Source of the DNA: an uncultured Clostridia bacterium
GTDB taxonomy: Bacteria; Bacillota; Clostridia; Oscillospirales; Acutalibacteraceae
NCBI GenBank assembly: GCA_947624285.1
Contig: CANQJS010000002.1
Coordinates: forward strand, 16,993 to 80,992
DNA: 64,000 nt
Direction of reading: 5' to 3'
Shown: piece by piece, positions 1 through 10,435 of the stretch
Position numbering within the stretch: position 1 is the stretch's first letter
Layout: each line of letters opens with the position of its first letter
Position numbers and translations under genes: made by a program
The notes under the pieces: generated by a model
Database searches by the model: none
What the model was told of the DNA's origin: nothing
What the model saw: the letters and a program-made list of their open reading frames with translations, nothing else

Positions 1-899
1 TCGTAGCTGTCTATACTGCCGGGGGTGATGACCGTGGATTTTGTGCCTATCCGCCTTACCTCGTTTACGGGCTCTTTTATAACGGTGGAGGATATCCTTG
101 TTTTTTCGGATGCTTTTCCGTTGATATAAACCACCTTGTAGGTGACCTCTCGCTTGCCGTTTTCACCGGCTTTTTCAAGCTTTGATTCTCCCTTTTCGAG
201 AGAATTATCTTTCACCTGAGTGATGCCGTAGGCTATCGTTTGTGTCTGAGTGACGGTTTTCGTCTCTTTTCTGTAGACTTTGATAGTCATTCCGTCCGTT
301 ACCTCTGCTGTAAGTGAGGGATTTACATAATCCTCGCCCTTGAGAGTGATTTTCAGCTCTTTAAGAGAGTCCGCCACAGTCCCTTTCGCGGCGCCGAGCT
401 CATAAGTCTTGCCGTCCGCCCTTACGGTGACCATATTAGGTGAATCCACCGTTATGACCATACCGCTCGTTACAGCCTCGTCAAGTGCGTAATTTACGGC
501 GCAGTCCTGAGCATTGATACCTGCCTCGTCAAACGCTTCGCCTACCGTATCGGCGTAAACGCCGTAGGAATTGAGCGAATTATTGAAATTGATGATAACG
601 GTGCTGAATCTGTCGATAGATATAACGCCGCCGGAGCCAGATTTGAATTCGGAAATATCAAGTCTGTCCTTTTCTCCGAGCTCCACGCCGATGCTTTGCA
701 GAATGTCAAGCGGCTGTTTCTCATCGGTTGTTATCGTGTATTCCCTGCCGTTATCATTGATAACGATGTTGTATTCATCAGATACGCCCGCAAACGCGTG
801 CGCGGTGAAGAAACAAACGATCAGGAAAAACGCGACTGCGGTTGCCGTTAAGACTTTGCGAATATGCCCTGCAGCGGCAACGCGTGAATCCTTGTTCAT
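1..899 (-). CDS. YabE-like cell-wall protein (DUF348 repeats + G5 domain), 3' end outside window
   Basis: Manual translation from ATG 899 (RBS AAAGGAG): signal-like N-terminus, 'TVGEAFDEAGI...DYVNPSLTAEVTDGMTIKVYR' DUF348-type repeats, G5 motif 'GENGKREVTYKVVYINGK...IKEPVNEVRRIGTK'. Confidence 0.85.
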   Translation of the reverse strand, partial: MNKDSRVAAAGHIRKVLTATAVAFFLIVCFFTAHAFAGVSDEYNIVINDNGREYTITTDEKQPLDILQSIGVELGEKDRLDISEFKSGSGGVISIDRFSTVIINFNNSLNSYGVYADTVGEAFDEAGINAQDCAVNYALDEAVTSGMVITVDSPNMVTVRADGKTYELGAAKGTVADSLKELKITLKGEDYVNPSLTAEVTDGMTIKVYRKETKTVTQTQTIAYGITQVKDNSLEKGESKLEKAGENGKREVTYKVVYINGKASEKTRISSTVIKEPVNEVRRIGTKSTVITPGSIDSY

Positions 900-1328
900 C
901 AAAAACTCCTTTTAATATGAAAGAAATGTTATCGGCTTGTGTTAGGCGCTCAAAAACCCGCGCCTGCCTTTATTATTCCTTAACCACAAGAATTATAGTC
1001 ATAATTGCATAATGTGTCAAACTTTTGAAATTTTTAAATTTGTTTAAACTGCACAATGCGAATAGTTGTAAAATTTAAAATCAAACATTTTTCAACAAGA
1101 TGTTGTGTTTTTCCAATTTTTTACTTTAAAGCGCAACAGCGATTTTTTGTTAAAAACTTAAAAAATCGCAATTAAATAAGCCTCCTTTGTAACCATTTTG
1201 GGCTTAAATTCTAAAAAATTGCTATATATTGTAGGTAATTTGTTACAATTTAAAAAGCAAGCAATATATGTTGCAATAAAAATTTTTTGGCGGTTTAGGC
1301 TTGCCGGAATTATTCCCCGCATTTTTCA

Positions 1329-1357
1329 TTGACAAGTAAAATCTCTTAATATATAAT
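1329..1357 (+). promoter_or_regulatory. sigma-A promoter upstream of tRNA-Arg
   Basis: Perfect TTGACA-17 bp-TATAAT. Confidence 0.85.
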
Positions 1358-1455
1358 ATGATAACGAACAACTCACTCACGGAAGCTCGCGCGAAAACGC
1401 CGCGCTCGGCTGCGGTATGTTCACGCTTCGCTGTAAACCCAACGAAATAAAATAT

Positions 1456-1532
1456 GTCTCCGTAGCTCAGCAGGATAGAGCGTTCGCCTCCTAAGCGAAA
1501 GGCCGCGCGTTCGAATCGCGCCGGGGACGCCA
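1456..1532 (+). tRNA. tRNA-Arg(CCT)
   Basis: Cloverleaf: GTCTCCG/CGGGGAC acceptor stem, TAGCTCAG D-arm, TTCGC-CT-CCT-AA-GCGAA anticodon arm, GTTCGAATC T-loop, encoded CCA. Confidence 0.97.
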
Positions 1533-1641
1533 AAAAATACCGTCTGCGCCGTTTGGCGCGGGCGGCATTCGGATTAAAATAAAATTTACACAAAATGTGA
1601 GGCGCGGCAAGCGTCAATTCAAAATTAAGAGAGGTATTATT

Positions 1642-2205
1642 ATGAGAAAAGCACTTAATTTGACCGAGGGGATATTCCCGATGCCCGTTTTAATGGTGGC
1701 GACCTACAATGAGGACGGAAGCGTTGATGTTATGAACGCCGCCTGGGGAACAATGCAGGAGCGGGGATATGTTGCGCTTAATCTGACGGAGACACACAAA
1801 ACAGTTCAGAACATTAAAAGAAACAAAGCGTTTACCGTTAGCATAGCCGACGCCGCGCACACGACCGAGGCGGACTATTTCGGCATAGTATCCGGCAACA
1901 AGGAAAGCAGAAAATTTGAAAAAAGCGGATTGACGGCAACAAGATCCGATACCGTCAACGCCCCGATAATCAACGAATTTCCCCTTTGCCTTGAATGTGA
2001 GTTCATCGAGTATCAGGATAACGCCTATGGCTGCGGAGTTATCGGCAAGGTAATTTGCATAACGGCGGACGAAAAGGTAATGGTTGGGGATAAAATCGAT
2101 ATGTCCCTGGTGAATGCTATCGCGTTTGACCCATATACCCACGGCTACTACAGGGTATCGGAAAGAGTCGGCGAAGCCTTTAAAGACGGACTTAAGCTGA
2201 AATAA
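1642..2205 (+). CDS. Flavin reductase family protein
   Basis: 'FPMPVLMVATY...MNAAWG', 'APIINEFPLCLEC'; ATG 1642 follows RBS GAGG. Confidence 0.9.
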   Translation: MRKALNLTEGIFPMPVLMVATYNEDGSVDVMNAAWGTMQERGYVALNLTETHKTVQNIKRNKAFTVSIADAAHTTEADYFGIVSGNKESRKFEKSGLTATRSDTVNAPIINEFPLCLECEFIEYQDNAYGCGVIGKVICITADEKVMVGDKIDMSLVNAIAFDPYTHGYYRVSERVGEAFKDGLKLK

Positions 2206-2230
2206 AAAATAATACGCTTAAAACAGGCAA

Positions 2231-2265
2231 GCCGCCCGCTCCCTCAAGGGGACGGGCGGCTTTAT
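2231..2265. terminator. Hairpin between convergent genes
   Basis: GCCGCCCG..CCC/GGG..CGGGCGGC followed by TTTAT. Confidence 0.65.
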
Positions 2266-2276
2266 GCTTGCTTGAA

Positions 2277-3302
2277 TCAAATTTCCCATTTCATAATCGT
2301 TTTGCCGAAGGATTTTCTTGCATCCTTTTCAAAAGCGGCTTTTACATCTTCAATATTGCGCACGGTGTTTACCGAGCCGATGATATTTCCCAAATAATCG
2401 ATTATTTCGGGATGCTTTTCATACATTTCAACGGTTTTTTCAAAATCCTTTACTCCGCTGCGGGAAGAGCCGAAAAAGCGAAGCCCCTTTTCAAGTATCA
2501 TTCGAGTGTTGACGGGAACGGGATACTCGGACACGCCGAGAATAGAAACGGTAGCCTCGGGCAAAACAGTATCTATTATCTGCTCTATGGCGACGGGACT
2601 GCCGTTGCCGCCAACACATTCAAAGGCGTGGTCTACCCAAAGCCCCTGCGGTATTTCGTGAACGAGAAATACGGCATCCGCGAAGGTGAAATCCGCAAGC
2701 TTTTCCTGCGCCGTGCCGAAAATATAAAGCTCGGTTTCGGGATAAAGCTTTTTTATAAACAGGGAGGTTATATAGCCGAGGTTTCCGTCGCCCCACACTC
2801 CGATCCTGCGCCTGCGCCGATGTGAAAATCTCTCAAATCTTGAAATGGCGTGAACGGAAACGGAAACGATTTCAGTAAACGCCGCCACATTCATATTTAT
2901 ACCCGCGGGCAGAGGAACAAGGCGCTTTGGCGAGATGCTTATAAATTCCTGAAGAAAGCCGTCCATGGTAGAGCCGCAGAATTTTGAGGAGCGCAGATAA
3001 TTTTCCGCGATGTATTTGCATTCCTCACAGGGCATATTCGGCACCATCACCACTCTGTCGCCCTGCCTGAAATTCCCCGTGGGGTCAAAAACGACCTGAC
3101 CCACTCCCTCGTGGATAAGAGCCATAGGCAGCTTCTGAGCCATAACCTTGGCGTCGCGCACGCCGAGGTAATAGCGCATATCGGCATTGCATATCGAAAG
3201 ATGCGTTGGGCGGACGAGTACATTTTCACCGAAAAGCTCTATATTTTCAAAAGCTATCTCAAATCGCCTGGTCGCCGCGAGACGGTAAACGGTGTTTATC
3301 AT
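2277..3302 (-). CDS. tarJ: Ribitol-5-phosphate dehydrogenase (Zn-dependent)
   Basis: 'MINTVYRL...LSICNADMRYY.G.R...KLPMALIHE', 'GVWGDGNLG'; overlaps the cytidylyltransferase gene. Confidence 0.88.
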   Translation of the reverse strand: MINTVYRLAATRRFEIAFENIELFGENVLVRPTHLSICNADMRYYLGVRDAKVMAQKLPMALIHEGVGQVVFDPTGNFRQGDRVVMVPNMPCEECKYIAENYLRSSKFCGSTMDGFLQEFISISPKRLVPLPAGINMNVAAFTEIVSVSVHAISRFERFSHRRRRRIGVWGDGNLGYITSLFIKKLYPETELYIFGTAQEKLADFTFADAVFLVHEIPQGLWVDHAFECVGGNGSPVAIEQIIDTVLPEATVSILGVSEYPVPVNTRMILEKGLRFFGSSRSGVKDFEKTVEMYEKHPEIIDYLGNIIGSVNTVRNIEDVKAAFEKDARKSFGKTIMKWEI

Positions 3303-4006
3303 TCTTCATCCTCCAGCAGTGATTTCGCGATTCTCAAATCATACGGATATGTTATTTTTATGTTGAAGGTCTCTCCCTCTACAAGGGCGACGCTGTCTCC
3401 TTTAAGCACAAGGATTTTGGCGGCGTCGGTAAGAATTTCCTTTTCGCCGTCTGTAAGCGATTCATAGACCTGCTTAAGGCGCAGCGCCTTAAAGGATTGG
3501 GGGGTCTGCCCCTGATACATAACGCTTCTTTTCGGAATGGAGCTTATCTGCTTGCCGTCAACAGCCTCCACGATAGTATCCGTGGCGGGAACGACGGTGT
3601 CGCATGCGCCGTATTTTTCGCACGCGGCGATATTTTCCTCAATTATCCTGTGCGTAACAAAAGGACGCACCGAATCGTGGGTTACGATTATCGTTTCCCC
3701 GTCAAGCTTGCCCTGCGATTCAATATATTCAATCGAACGCATAATTGTTTCGTTGCGGGTGACGCCGCCCTCCAGAACTACGATCTTATCAAGAGCGGGC
3801 TCTATATACTTCTTCACGAGATTTTTAGTATGCTCCACCCAGCGCGAGGGGCAAAGCACGATCACCTTTTCAAATTCGGGGCAGGTGAAAAATTTTTCTA
3901 TTGTATAAATTATTATCGGCTTCCCCTTTAAAGAAAGATACTGCTTGGGCTTTTCCCCGCCCATTCGGGAGCCTGTGCCCCCTGCAAGTATAACTCCGTA
4001 AACCAT
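3299..4006 (-). CDS. tarI: Ribitol-5-phosphate cytidylyltransferase (IspD/TarI family)
   Basis: 'ILAGGTGSRMG..KPKQY', 'THDSVRPF', 'GQTPQSF', 'NIKITYPYDL'; paired with tarJ. Confidence 0.85.
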   Translation of the reverse strand: MVYGVILAGGTGSRMGGEKPKQYLSLKGKPIIIYTIEKFFTCPEFEKVIVLCPSRWVEHTKNLVKKYIEPALDKIVVLEGGVTRNETIMRSIEYIESQGKLDGETIIVTHDSVRPFVTHRIIEENIAACEKYGACDTVVPATDTIVEAVDGKQISSIPKRSVMYQGQTPQSFKALRLKQVYESLTDGEKEILTDAAKILVLKGDSVALVEGETFNIKITYPYDLRIAKSLLEDEE

Positions 4007-4126
4007 AATATACGCTCCTCATATCAGAATAAAATATACCGGAATTTCACGGCGGATAATTCCTGCCGTGCTTTCATATTAAACCAAAAACGCGCGTTTG
4101 TCCATAGTATTTACAAAATGAGCGGA

Positions 4127-5257
4127 TCAACGCAGTAAATCATACATTTCAAGAATATCGTCTTTTGTAAGCGCAACGGGATTTCGCGTCATAAGCATTG
4201 ACATACTCTTTTCCGCCAGCTGAGCGATTTGCCCGTCGGTAACACAGCCTATCTCGGCAAGGCGCGTGCGCATTCCCATACGCTTTTTCATCGCGTTTAT
4301 TTCGTTTGCCATATCTTCGGGGCACGAAAAACCGCAATCTCTCGCAAGCGCGGTTATACGCCCGTCGCCGTCCGCGTTTTTCGCGTTGAATTTAATGAAA
4401 TAATCAAGAGTAAAAGCGCATGCCTCGCCGTGGGGCATACCGTAAATGTTTGTGAGGGGGAAGGAACAGGCGTGGCTTCCCGTAGTTCTCGGATGGCTGA
4501 ATGCCACACCCGCCAGAATACTTGCCTGAGCCATTTTTTCACGCGCCTCAAGGTCATCGGGCGTATTATAGGCTTTTTCAAGCCATTCAAAAACGAGCCT
4601 CGCGCTTTGGACAGAGCAGGCGGAGCATATCGGCTGATTGAGAGTGCTCCAATAGCTCTCCACAGCGTGACTGAGCACATCGAGCCCCGTGGAGGCGGTG
4701 ATTTGAGGCGGGACGGTGAGTGTAAGCTCCGGGTCTATTACAGCGATTTTCGGATACATCGCGGGATCGTTCATCGGATTTTTGATATTTTTTTGCGTAT
4801 CGGTCAGCACGGATATGTTTGTGACCTCGGACGCCGTTCCGCTTGTGGTGGCAAAGGCTATCATCGGAATTGCCTCTTTTGCCGAAACCGCCTTTTCCCC
4901 GCCGTGATACGGTCTGATGAAATCGTTTCCCCTCGCTATCGCGCACGCCGCCTTGCAGCAGTCCATAGGCGAGCCTCCGCCGAGCGCCACGGCAAAATCA
5001 GCGCCCGCTTTTCTCATAAGGCGAACGCAGTCGTCCACATTATCCGTTGTGGGATTTGGGCGTATATCGCTGAAAACGGCTGCAAGTCTGCCCTGCGCCG
5101 CCTCTAAAAATTCATCGGCGACCCCGTTTTCAACAAAGCTTTTTCCGCAGACGAGTACTCCGCGCCTGCCGCCGAGCTCGTCTATATACTCTTTTATATT
5201 GTGCCTTTTTCCCGTTCCGAAAACGATTTTAACGGGCAGCTCAAATTCCCAACTCAT
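4127..5257 (-). CDS. Iron-containing alcohol dehydrogenase
   Basis: 'ALGGGSPMDCCK', 'TTSGTASEVT', 'DVLSHAVESY', 'PHGEAC'. Confidence 0.92.
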   Translation of the reverse strand: MSWEFELPVKIVFGTGKRHNIKEYIDELGGRRGVLVCGKSFVENGVADEFLEAAQGRLAAVFSDIRPNPTTDNVDDCVRLMRKAGADFAVALGGGSPMDCCKAACAIARGNDFIRPYHGGEKAVSAKEAIPMIAFATTSGTASEVTNISVLTDTQKNIKNPMNDPAMYPKIAVIDPELTLTVPPQITASTGLDVLSHAVESYWSTLNQPICSACSVQSARLVFEWLEKAYNTPDDLEAREKMAQASILAGVAFSHPRTTGSHACSFPLTNIYGMPHGEACAFTLDYFIKFNAKNADGDGRITALARDCGFSCPEDMANEINAMKKRMGMRTRLAEIGCVTDGQIAQLAEKSMSMLMTRNPVALTKDDILEMYDLLR

Positions 5258-5372
5258 ACAAAGCTCCTTTACAAAACCTTTTATTTATTTTATCACTAAA
5301 TAAGCGTATCTTCAAGTTGCAAAAATCGTGATGATATATTATAATTTTGAAGTAATTTAAGGAGGATAATGT

Positions 5373-6569
5373 ATGAAGCTCACTTTTTCGCATACAAGGC
5401 TTGCCTGTTATCTCGGCTATATTTCGCAGGCAATAACCACCACCTTTCTTCCGCTGCTTTTTGTGCGCCTCGGCGACGAGTTCGGTTTTTCCCTCTCAAA
5501 GCTCACTGTTTTGGTAACGATAACCTTTTGCAGCGAAATTTTTATCGACGCGCTCAGCCCGAAAATAATCGAAAAAGTGGGTTACAGAGCCGCGATGGTG
5601 TTTGCGGGCATATGCTCCGTGGCGGGAACGGCGGGGCTTGCGGTGTTTCCGTTCATACTGAGCAAGCCCTACGCGGGATTTGTTATCTGCGCGCTTATCT
5701 ACGCTTTGGGCAGCGGGCTCTATGAGGTGCTTGTTTCGCCGATAGTTGAGGCATGCCCCGCGGAAAACAAGGCTCGCTCAATGGCGCTTCTCCATTCCTT
5801 TTATTGCTGGGGATGCGTTTCGGTCGTGCTGGTCTCAACGCTGTTTTTCAGAGCCTTCGGAATTGAAAGCTGGCGTATCCTCGCCGTGTGCTGGGCGATT
5901 ATACCGTTTTTAAGCGCCGTTTTGTTTGCAAAAGTGCCTATACGAACGCTTGAAGAGGAAAGGGGCGGCTCGCAGAGCTTAGGCAGTATTGCGAAAAATC
6001 CCGTTTTTCTTCTGATGTGCTTAGTTATGGTGTGCGCGGGCGCGAGCGAGCTTGCGATGAGCCAGTGGGCATCCGCTTTCGCCGAGGCGGGGCTCGGCAT
6101 TACAAAATCCTTGGGCGATATCTTCGGCCCCTGCGCGTTTGCCGCGCTTATGGGGATTTCGAGAACGGTTTTCTCAAGGATAAACGACAAAACGGATATT
6201 TCAAAAATCCTCACCGCCTGCGCGGCGGTCTGCATAGCGGCATATATGCTGGCGGCGCTCTCAAAAAACCCGACGGTATCGCTTATAGGCTGCGGACTTT
6301 GCGGCGTGGCGGTTGCGCCGATGTGGCCAGGTGCGTTTTCAATGGCGGCAAAGGAAATACGCGGAGGAGCGACCTCAATGTTCGCGGCTCTCGCTTTGGC
6401 AGGCGATATAGGCTGCACGGCGGGGCCAACGGTTGTGGGCTTTATCTCCGGCGCCGAGCAAAACGATATAAGCAGAGGGCTTATCTATTCCGTAATTTTC
6501 CCTGTAATAATGATAATCTGCCTCGCCGCGGTAAGGTTTTTCCGGAAACGCCACGGAAAAAATCGGTAA
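5373..6569 (+). CDS. MFS transporter
   Basis: Multiple hydrophobic helices; RBS AAGGAGG. Confidence 0.88.
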   Translation: MKLTFSHTRLACYLGYISQAITTTFLPLLFVRLGDEFGFSLSKLTVLVTITFCSEIFIDALSPKIIEKVGYRAAMVFAGICSVAGTAGLAVFPFILSKPYAGFVICALIYALGSGLYEVLVSPIVEACPAENKARSMALLHSFYCWGCVSVVLVSTLFFRAFGIESWRILAVCWAIIPFLSAVLFAKVPIRTLEEERGGSQSLGSIAKNPVFLLMCLVMVCAGASELAMSQWASAFAEAGLGITKSLGDIFGPCAFAALMGISRTVFSRINDKTDISKILTACAAVCIAAYMLAALSKNPTVSLIGCGLCGVAVAPMWPGAFSMAAKEIRGGATSMFAALALAGDIGCTAGPTVVGFISGAEQNDISRGLIYSVIFPVIMIICLAAVRFFRKRHGKNR

Positions 6570-6875
6570 TTACGCCTTATCCAAACCTTTATGCTTGCCG
6601 TTTTCCATAAAAAAACAAAGGTGTTTTTGTGGAAAAATCACAACTTCCATAATTTCTTATTAAATATGTTTTAATTAGTGTTGATTATTCTAAAAAATTT
6701 TGTTATATTTAAAATGTTATAATATATGAAAAAGATGTGCCGCGTCTCTGTTGACGGCGATATGTCTTTTTCTTTCGTCGGGAGTTATAAGCTCCCGCAT
6801 TAACGGGCATTGCCCTCCATTAAATTCAATTATTTTGCTTTTGAAATCAAAATTTTAACGGAAGCGGTGATTTAT

Positions 6876-8414
6876 TTGCCAGAACAAGAGATTTTATCAC
6901 AGGAGCAGGAAGAGCTTGATAAGCTTGCGTACACAAAAAAGCGCTACCTGACCCCAAAAGAGATTGCTGCTTATGTTCTTGTCAACTTCGGTCAAAAGAA
7001 TTTAAGCCAATTTGTAGGCGCTTTCAAGGAATTTTTCCTTATCCAGTTTTTAAAGCTGAATACTACCGCGTACGCCTACATAAATCTTTTTTCCTCAATT
7101 TACGACGCCCTTGACGACACGATCTCGGGTCTTATCATAGACCGTACAAGGACCCGCTGGGGAAGGATCAGACCTTTCTTTATCCTGCCGCTTCCTCTTT
7201 GGCTTGTCGGCGGCGCCATGATGTTTACCGCGCCGAATATTTCCCCGAGCAGTAAAATCGCCTGGGCGGCTATCGCCATAGTTATCTACGGCCTCGGTAT
7301 GAGTTATTTCGGCGCTTGGGGGCTTATGATTTACAATATCACCCCGAACAACGACGAGAGAAACAACCTCATCACCACAAGTAAATTCTTTGAGCTTTTC
7401 GGAACTTGGCTTCCGTCGCTCGTTCCCGTTCTCGTTCAGTTTTTGCCGAAAATCAACCCCGCGATAAATATGCAGAGCGTCTACACGGGCTTTGCCTACT
7501 TTATGCTCATATTGGCGTCGGCGTTTTCCGTTTTCGGCTTCTTCAATATGAGGGAAAGAGTTCCGCTTCAATCCCGCGAGGAAATGAAAGAGACATCCGT
7601 TTTGGAATCGATCAAGCAGATATTTACGAACAGACCGCTCTTTGCAATAATCTTTGCGGATTTCTTCAACAATTTCAAGGCGGTCGGCGGCTCATCGGAG
7701 CAGTATTTCTGGCTCAATAACACGGGTAATATCGCCAACCAAACGGTTTGCGGTCTTTTCACGGGTATTCCAAACTATCTTATGGTTCCCCTCGCCGCAA
7801 AGCTTATCAAAATGTGGGGCGCGAGAACGACCGCCATCGTAGCGGGTGTTTTCGGAGGCGTTGCTTACACATTGCTGTTTATCATCGGTTATCACCCGTT
7901 CGGTCAAACTTTCAGCGACAATTACATTTTAAATCTCATTTGGGTAATTTTCGGTCTTACCATCTGCGGTCTGCCAAATAAGCTGATAAATGTTGTGGGG
8001 CCTGTTCTCAGCGCCGAAACATTTGATTATATGGAGTGGAAGCACGGCCTTCGCAACGAGGCGCTCGTCACCACCGTTCAGGGATATTTCGGCAAGCTCG
8101 CAATTTCCATTACGGGCTGGCTTTCCGGTATGGTACTCACTTGGATAAATTATGTTCCCCTTACGGACTCCCTCGGAAACGCCGTTCCCCAAACCGAGCC
8201 GAGAGTGCTCAACGGAATATGGACCGTATTCTGCATACTTCCCGCGCTTGCAAGAGGTCTTTACGGTCTTTCCTTCATTCTTTATCCGATACACGGCCAT
8301 ATGAAAAATCAGATGATCGCCGAGCTTGCGGATATTCGCGCAAACCGCCTTGCGGAGCAGGAAGCCGCGCAGAAAGCAAAAGCGCAGGCAAAGGAAAACG
8401 GCGAGGAAGAGTAA
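6876..8414 (+). CDS. GPH-family (MelB-like) sugar:cation symporter
   Basis: 'DALDDTISGLIIDRTRTRWGRIRPF', 'DYMEWKHGLRNEA'; TTG start at 6876 inferred from upstream GCGGTG. Confidence 0.88.
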   Translation: MPEQEILSQEQEELDKLAYTKKRYLTPKEIAAYVLVNFGQKNLSQFVGAFKEFFLIQFLKLNTTAYAYINLFSSIYDALDDTISGLIIDRTRTRWGRIRPFFILPLPLWLVGGAMMFTAPNISPSSKIAWAAIAIVIYGLGMSYFGAWGLMIYNITPNNDERNNLITTSKFFELFGTWLPSLVPVLVQFLPKINPAINMQSVYTGFAYFMLILASAFSVFGFFNMRERVPLQSREEMKETSVLESIKQIFTNRPLFAIIFADFFNNFKAVGGSSEQYFWLNNTGNIANQTVCGLFTGIPNYLMVPLAAKLIKMWGARTTAIVAGVFGGVAYTLLFIIGYHPFGQTFSDNYILNLIWVIFGLTICGLPNKLINVVGPVLSAETFDYMEWKHGLRNEALVTTVQGYFGKLAISITGWLSGMVLTWINYVPLTDSLGNAVPQTEPRVLNGIWTVFCILPALARGLYGLSFILYPIHGHMKNQMIAELADIRANRLAEQEAAQKAKAQAKENGEEE

Positions 8415-8452
8415 TATTTCGCCAATTAAAAAGATTTAAATCATATTTAAAA

Positions 8453-8490
8453 GCCGCCGATATGCGTCAGCATTATCGGCGGTCTTTTTT
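8453..8490. terminator. Bidirectional intrinsic terminator (near-identical inverted copy at 13138-13168)
   Basis: GCCGCCGATA...TATCGGCGGT plus T-run. Confidence 0.75.
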
Positions 8491-8497
8491 TGCTGTT

Positions 8498-9187
8498 TTA
8501 TTTTGAAACCCGCGCTGCGGGCAGTCTCGCTTCCAATCGGTATATCGGCAGACCCTTTTCCGAAAACAGGCGCTCATACTCCGTAACGATGTTTTCCTCA
8601 ATGCTTTCGCCGTGCAGATCAAGACTGATATTGCTCAAAACAAATCCGTTTGACGAAAAGCTCTCGATCGAAAATTCAAAAAAGTGCATATTGTCGGTTT
8701 TTTGGAATATGACCGCGTTTGAAGTCATAAGATTTTTATAAATTTTCAAAAATCTTTCGTGCGTGAGGCGGTGCTTTGCATATTTTGCCTTTGGATAAGG
8801 GCAACTGAAATTAAGATTTATTTCGCTTATGCTTTCTTTTGGAATAAATCTCTCAAGGTATTCCGCCTCGCAGTTCATAAACATTATGTTTGTAAGCCCT
8901 TTTGCCGCCGCCGCTTCGCAGGCAGTGACTATGACATTCGGCGTTTTTTCAACCGCAAGCACATTCACATCGGGGTGACGCGCCGCGTATTCACAGGCAA
9001 AGCCGCCCTTGCCGCAGCCTATTTCAAGCATTATTCTGTTGGAATTTCCGAATATTTCTTTAAAATCAATAAGCTGTGTTTCATCGATGCTCGCCTCATA
9101 ATTCCTGTTGGGTGTTTCACATTCGATAAGATACGACTCGCACAGCTTCAGGCGCGTATCAAGATTTTTCTTTCGTCTCATTCTCAC
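8498..9187 (-). CDS. trmB: tRNA (guanine-N7)-methyltransferase
   Basis: 'LEIGCGKGGF', 'LNFSCPYPKAKYAKHRLT', 'KTDN', 'TEYERLF'; GTG start after AAAGGAGG. Confidence 0.95.
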   Translation of the reverse strand: MRMRRKKNLDTRLKLCESYLIECETPNRNYEASIDETQLIDFKEIFGNSNRIMLEIGCGKGGFACEYAARHPDVNVLAVEKTPNVIVTACEAAAAKGLTNIMFMNCEAEYLERFIPKESISEINLNFSCPYPKAKYAKHRLTHERFLKIYKNLMTSNAVIFQKTDNMHFFEFSIESFSSNGFVLSNISLDLHGESIEENIVTEYERLFSEKGLPIYRLEARLPAARVSK

Positions 9188-9262
9188 AGGCAGCCGCCTC
9201 CTTTCGCGCGCCAAAAATTATAAAAACCGGCGGAGAAATTCCCCCGCCGATAACATTGCCGT

Positions 9263-10435
9263 TTAAATTTTGATTCCGTCAGCCGTTTCGCAGAAATGGA
9301 TCGAAAAGCAATCTCTGTACTGCGGATAAACCTTGAGATATTCTTCCTTTAAAAATTCGGCTATCGACTCTTTTTTTGACGGGTCAATAAGCGCTATGGA
9401 CGAGCCGTTGAAGCCCGCTCCGCTGAAGCGCCCGCCGTAAATACCGTCGCATCGCTTCATTATCTCGTAAAGCGTTTGCAGCTCGGGCGAGCCGGTTTCC
9501 CAATTATAAATGGAGCTGTGACCGGATTCAAACATTATTTTGCCGAATTCAACAATATCTCCGTTCTCCCACGCTTTCGCGCCGCGCTGAACACGGTCAA
9601 ACTCGCCGTAGAAATGCTCGGCGCGTTTTCTCCACGCCTCGGGCAATCTGCTCTTGTAAGTGTCAAAAACATCTCTCGGCACATCACGCATATAGGAATT
9701 TTTGAAGCTGCCATACGGTATGCCGGCAAACGCCCTGAGAGCAAATGACGCCGCCTTTGCCTCATCTACCCTTGAGTTGAACGCGGTGTTGGCAAGTTTT
9801 CTTTCCTTGCCGGAGAAAATGACAGCAAACATATACGGCGGCATATCTTTGCTCGTTGGGATCAGCTTATATTCATCGGTGAGTGTGTCGAGATACAGCA
9901 GATGGTCCTTCTTTGAGTAAACCTCACAGCTCTGGTCCATCTTGCCCACATTCATTTCAAGATAATCATGCTCCGCATAAAGAGCGAAATCGATTATTTC
10001 CTGCTTGTTGAGCGTAACGCCGTTTATCGCGGTGAAGGCGCAGATATATGAAATCAGCACCGCCGCGGAGGAAGAAAGCCCGCCAACGGGAAGATCGCCG
10101 TAGATGTAGCCTATCATGCCCTTGTCTATCTTATATTTTCTTTTCAGAGAAACACAGGCCGCCTTGGCAAAGTCGCCCCATTCGTAGCTTCTTTGCGGCA
10201 GTCCGTAAACCGAAAAGTTGGTAACGCCCTCAAAATTTCCGCTGTGGAGCGTAACGCTGCCGTCCTCGGTTGGGAGGAATTTTATCTCAACGCCATGATT
10301 GATGGCAAAACCGGAAATAAGCCCGTGCTGATAATCGGAATGCGCTCCGACAGGGGCTATCCTGTATGGGCAATAGGCGGAAAGGGGCTCCCGCGAGGTG
10401 TTGAACAGTTCTTTGAATTTTTCAGTTGTATCCAT
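9263..10435 (-). CDS. GHMP sugar kinase (galactokinase/galacturonokinase-like)
   Basis: 'PYRIAPVGAHSDYQ', 'PVGGLSSSAA', 'GGRFSGAGFNG'; ATG 10435 after AAGGAG. Confidence 0.85.
   Translation of the reverse strand: MDTTEKFKELFNTSREPLSAYCPYRIAPVGAHSDYQHGLISGFAINHGVEIKFLPTEDGSVTLHSGNFEGVTNFSVYGLPQRSYEWGDFAKAACVSLKRKYKIDKGMIGYIYGDLPVGGLSSSAAVLISYICAFTAINGVTLNKQEIIDFALYAEHDYLEMNVGKMDQSCEVYSKKDHLLYLDTLTDEYKLIPTSKDMPPYMFAVIFSGKERKLANTAFNSRVDEAKAASFALRAFAGIPYGSFKNSYMRDVPRDVFDTYKSRLPEAWRKRAEHFYGEFDRVQRGAKAWENGDIVEFGKIMFESGHSSIYNWETGSPELQTLYEIMKRCDGIYGGRFSGAGFNGSSIALIDPSKKESIAEFLKEEYLKVYPQYRDCFSIHFCETADGIKI

Noticed and set aside
1243-1617. 124-aa ORF
   Set aside because: Antisense to tRNA-Arg and its promoter.
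2277-5257. Phosphonate or complete teichoic-acid biosynthesis cluster
   Set aside because: No pepM/ppd or tarF/tarL polymerase genes are adjacent; only CDP-ribitol synthesis is supported.
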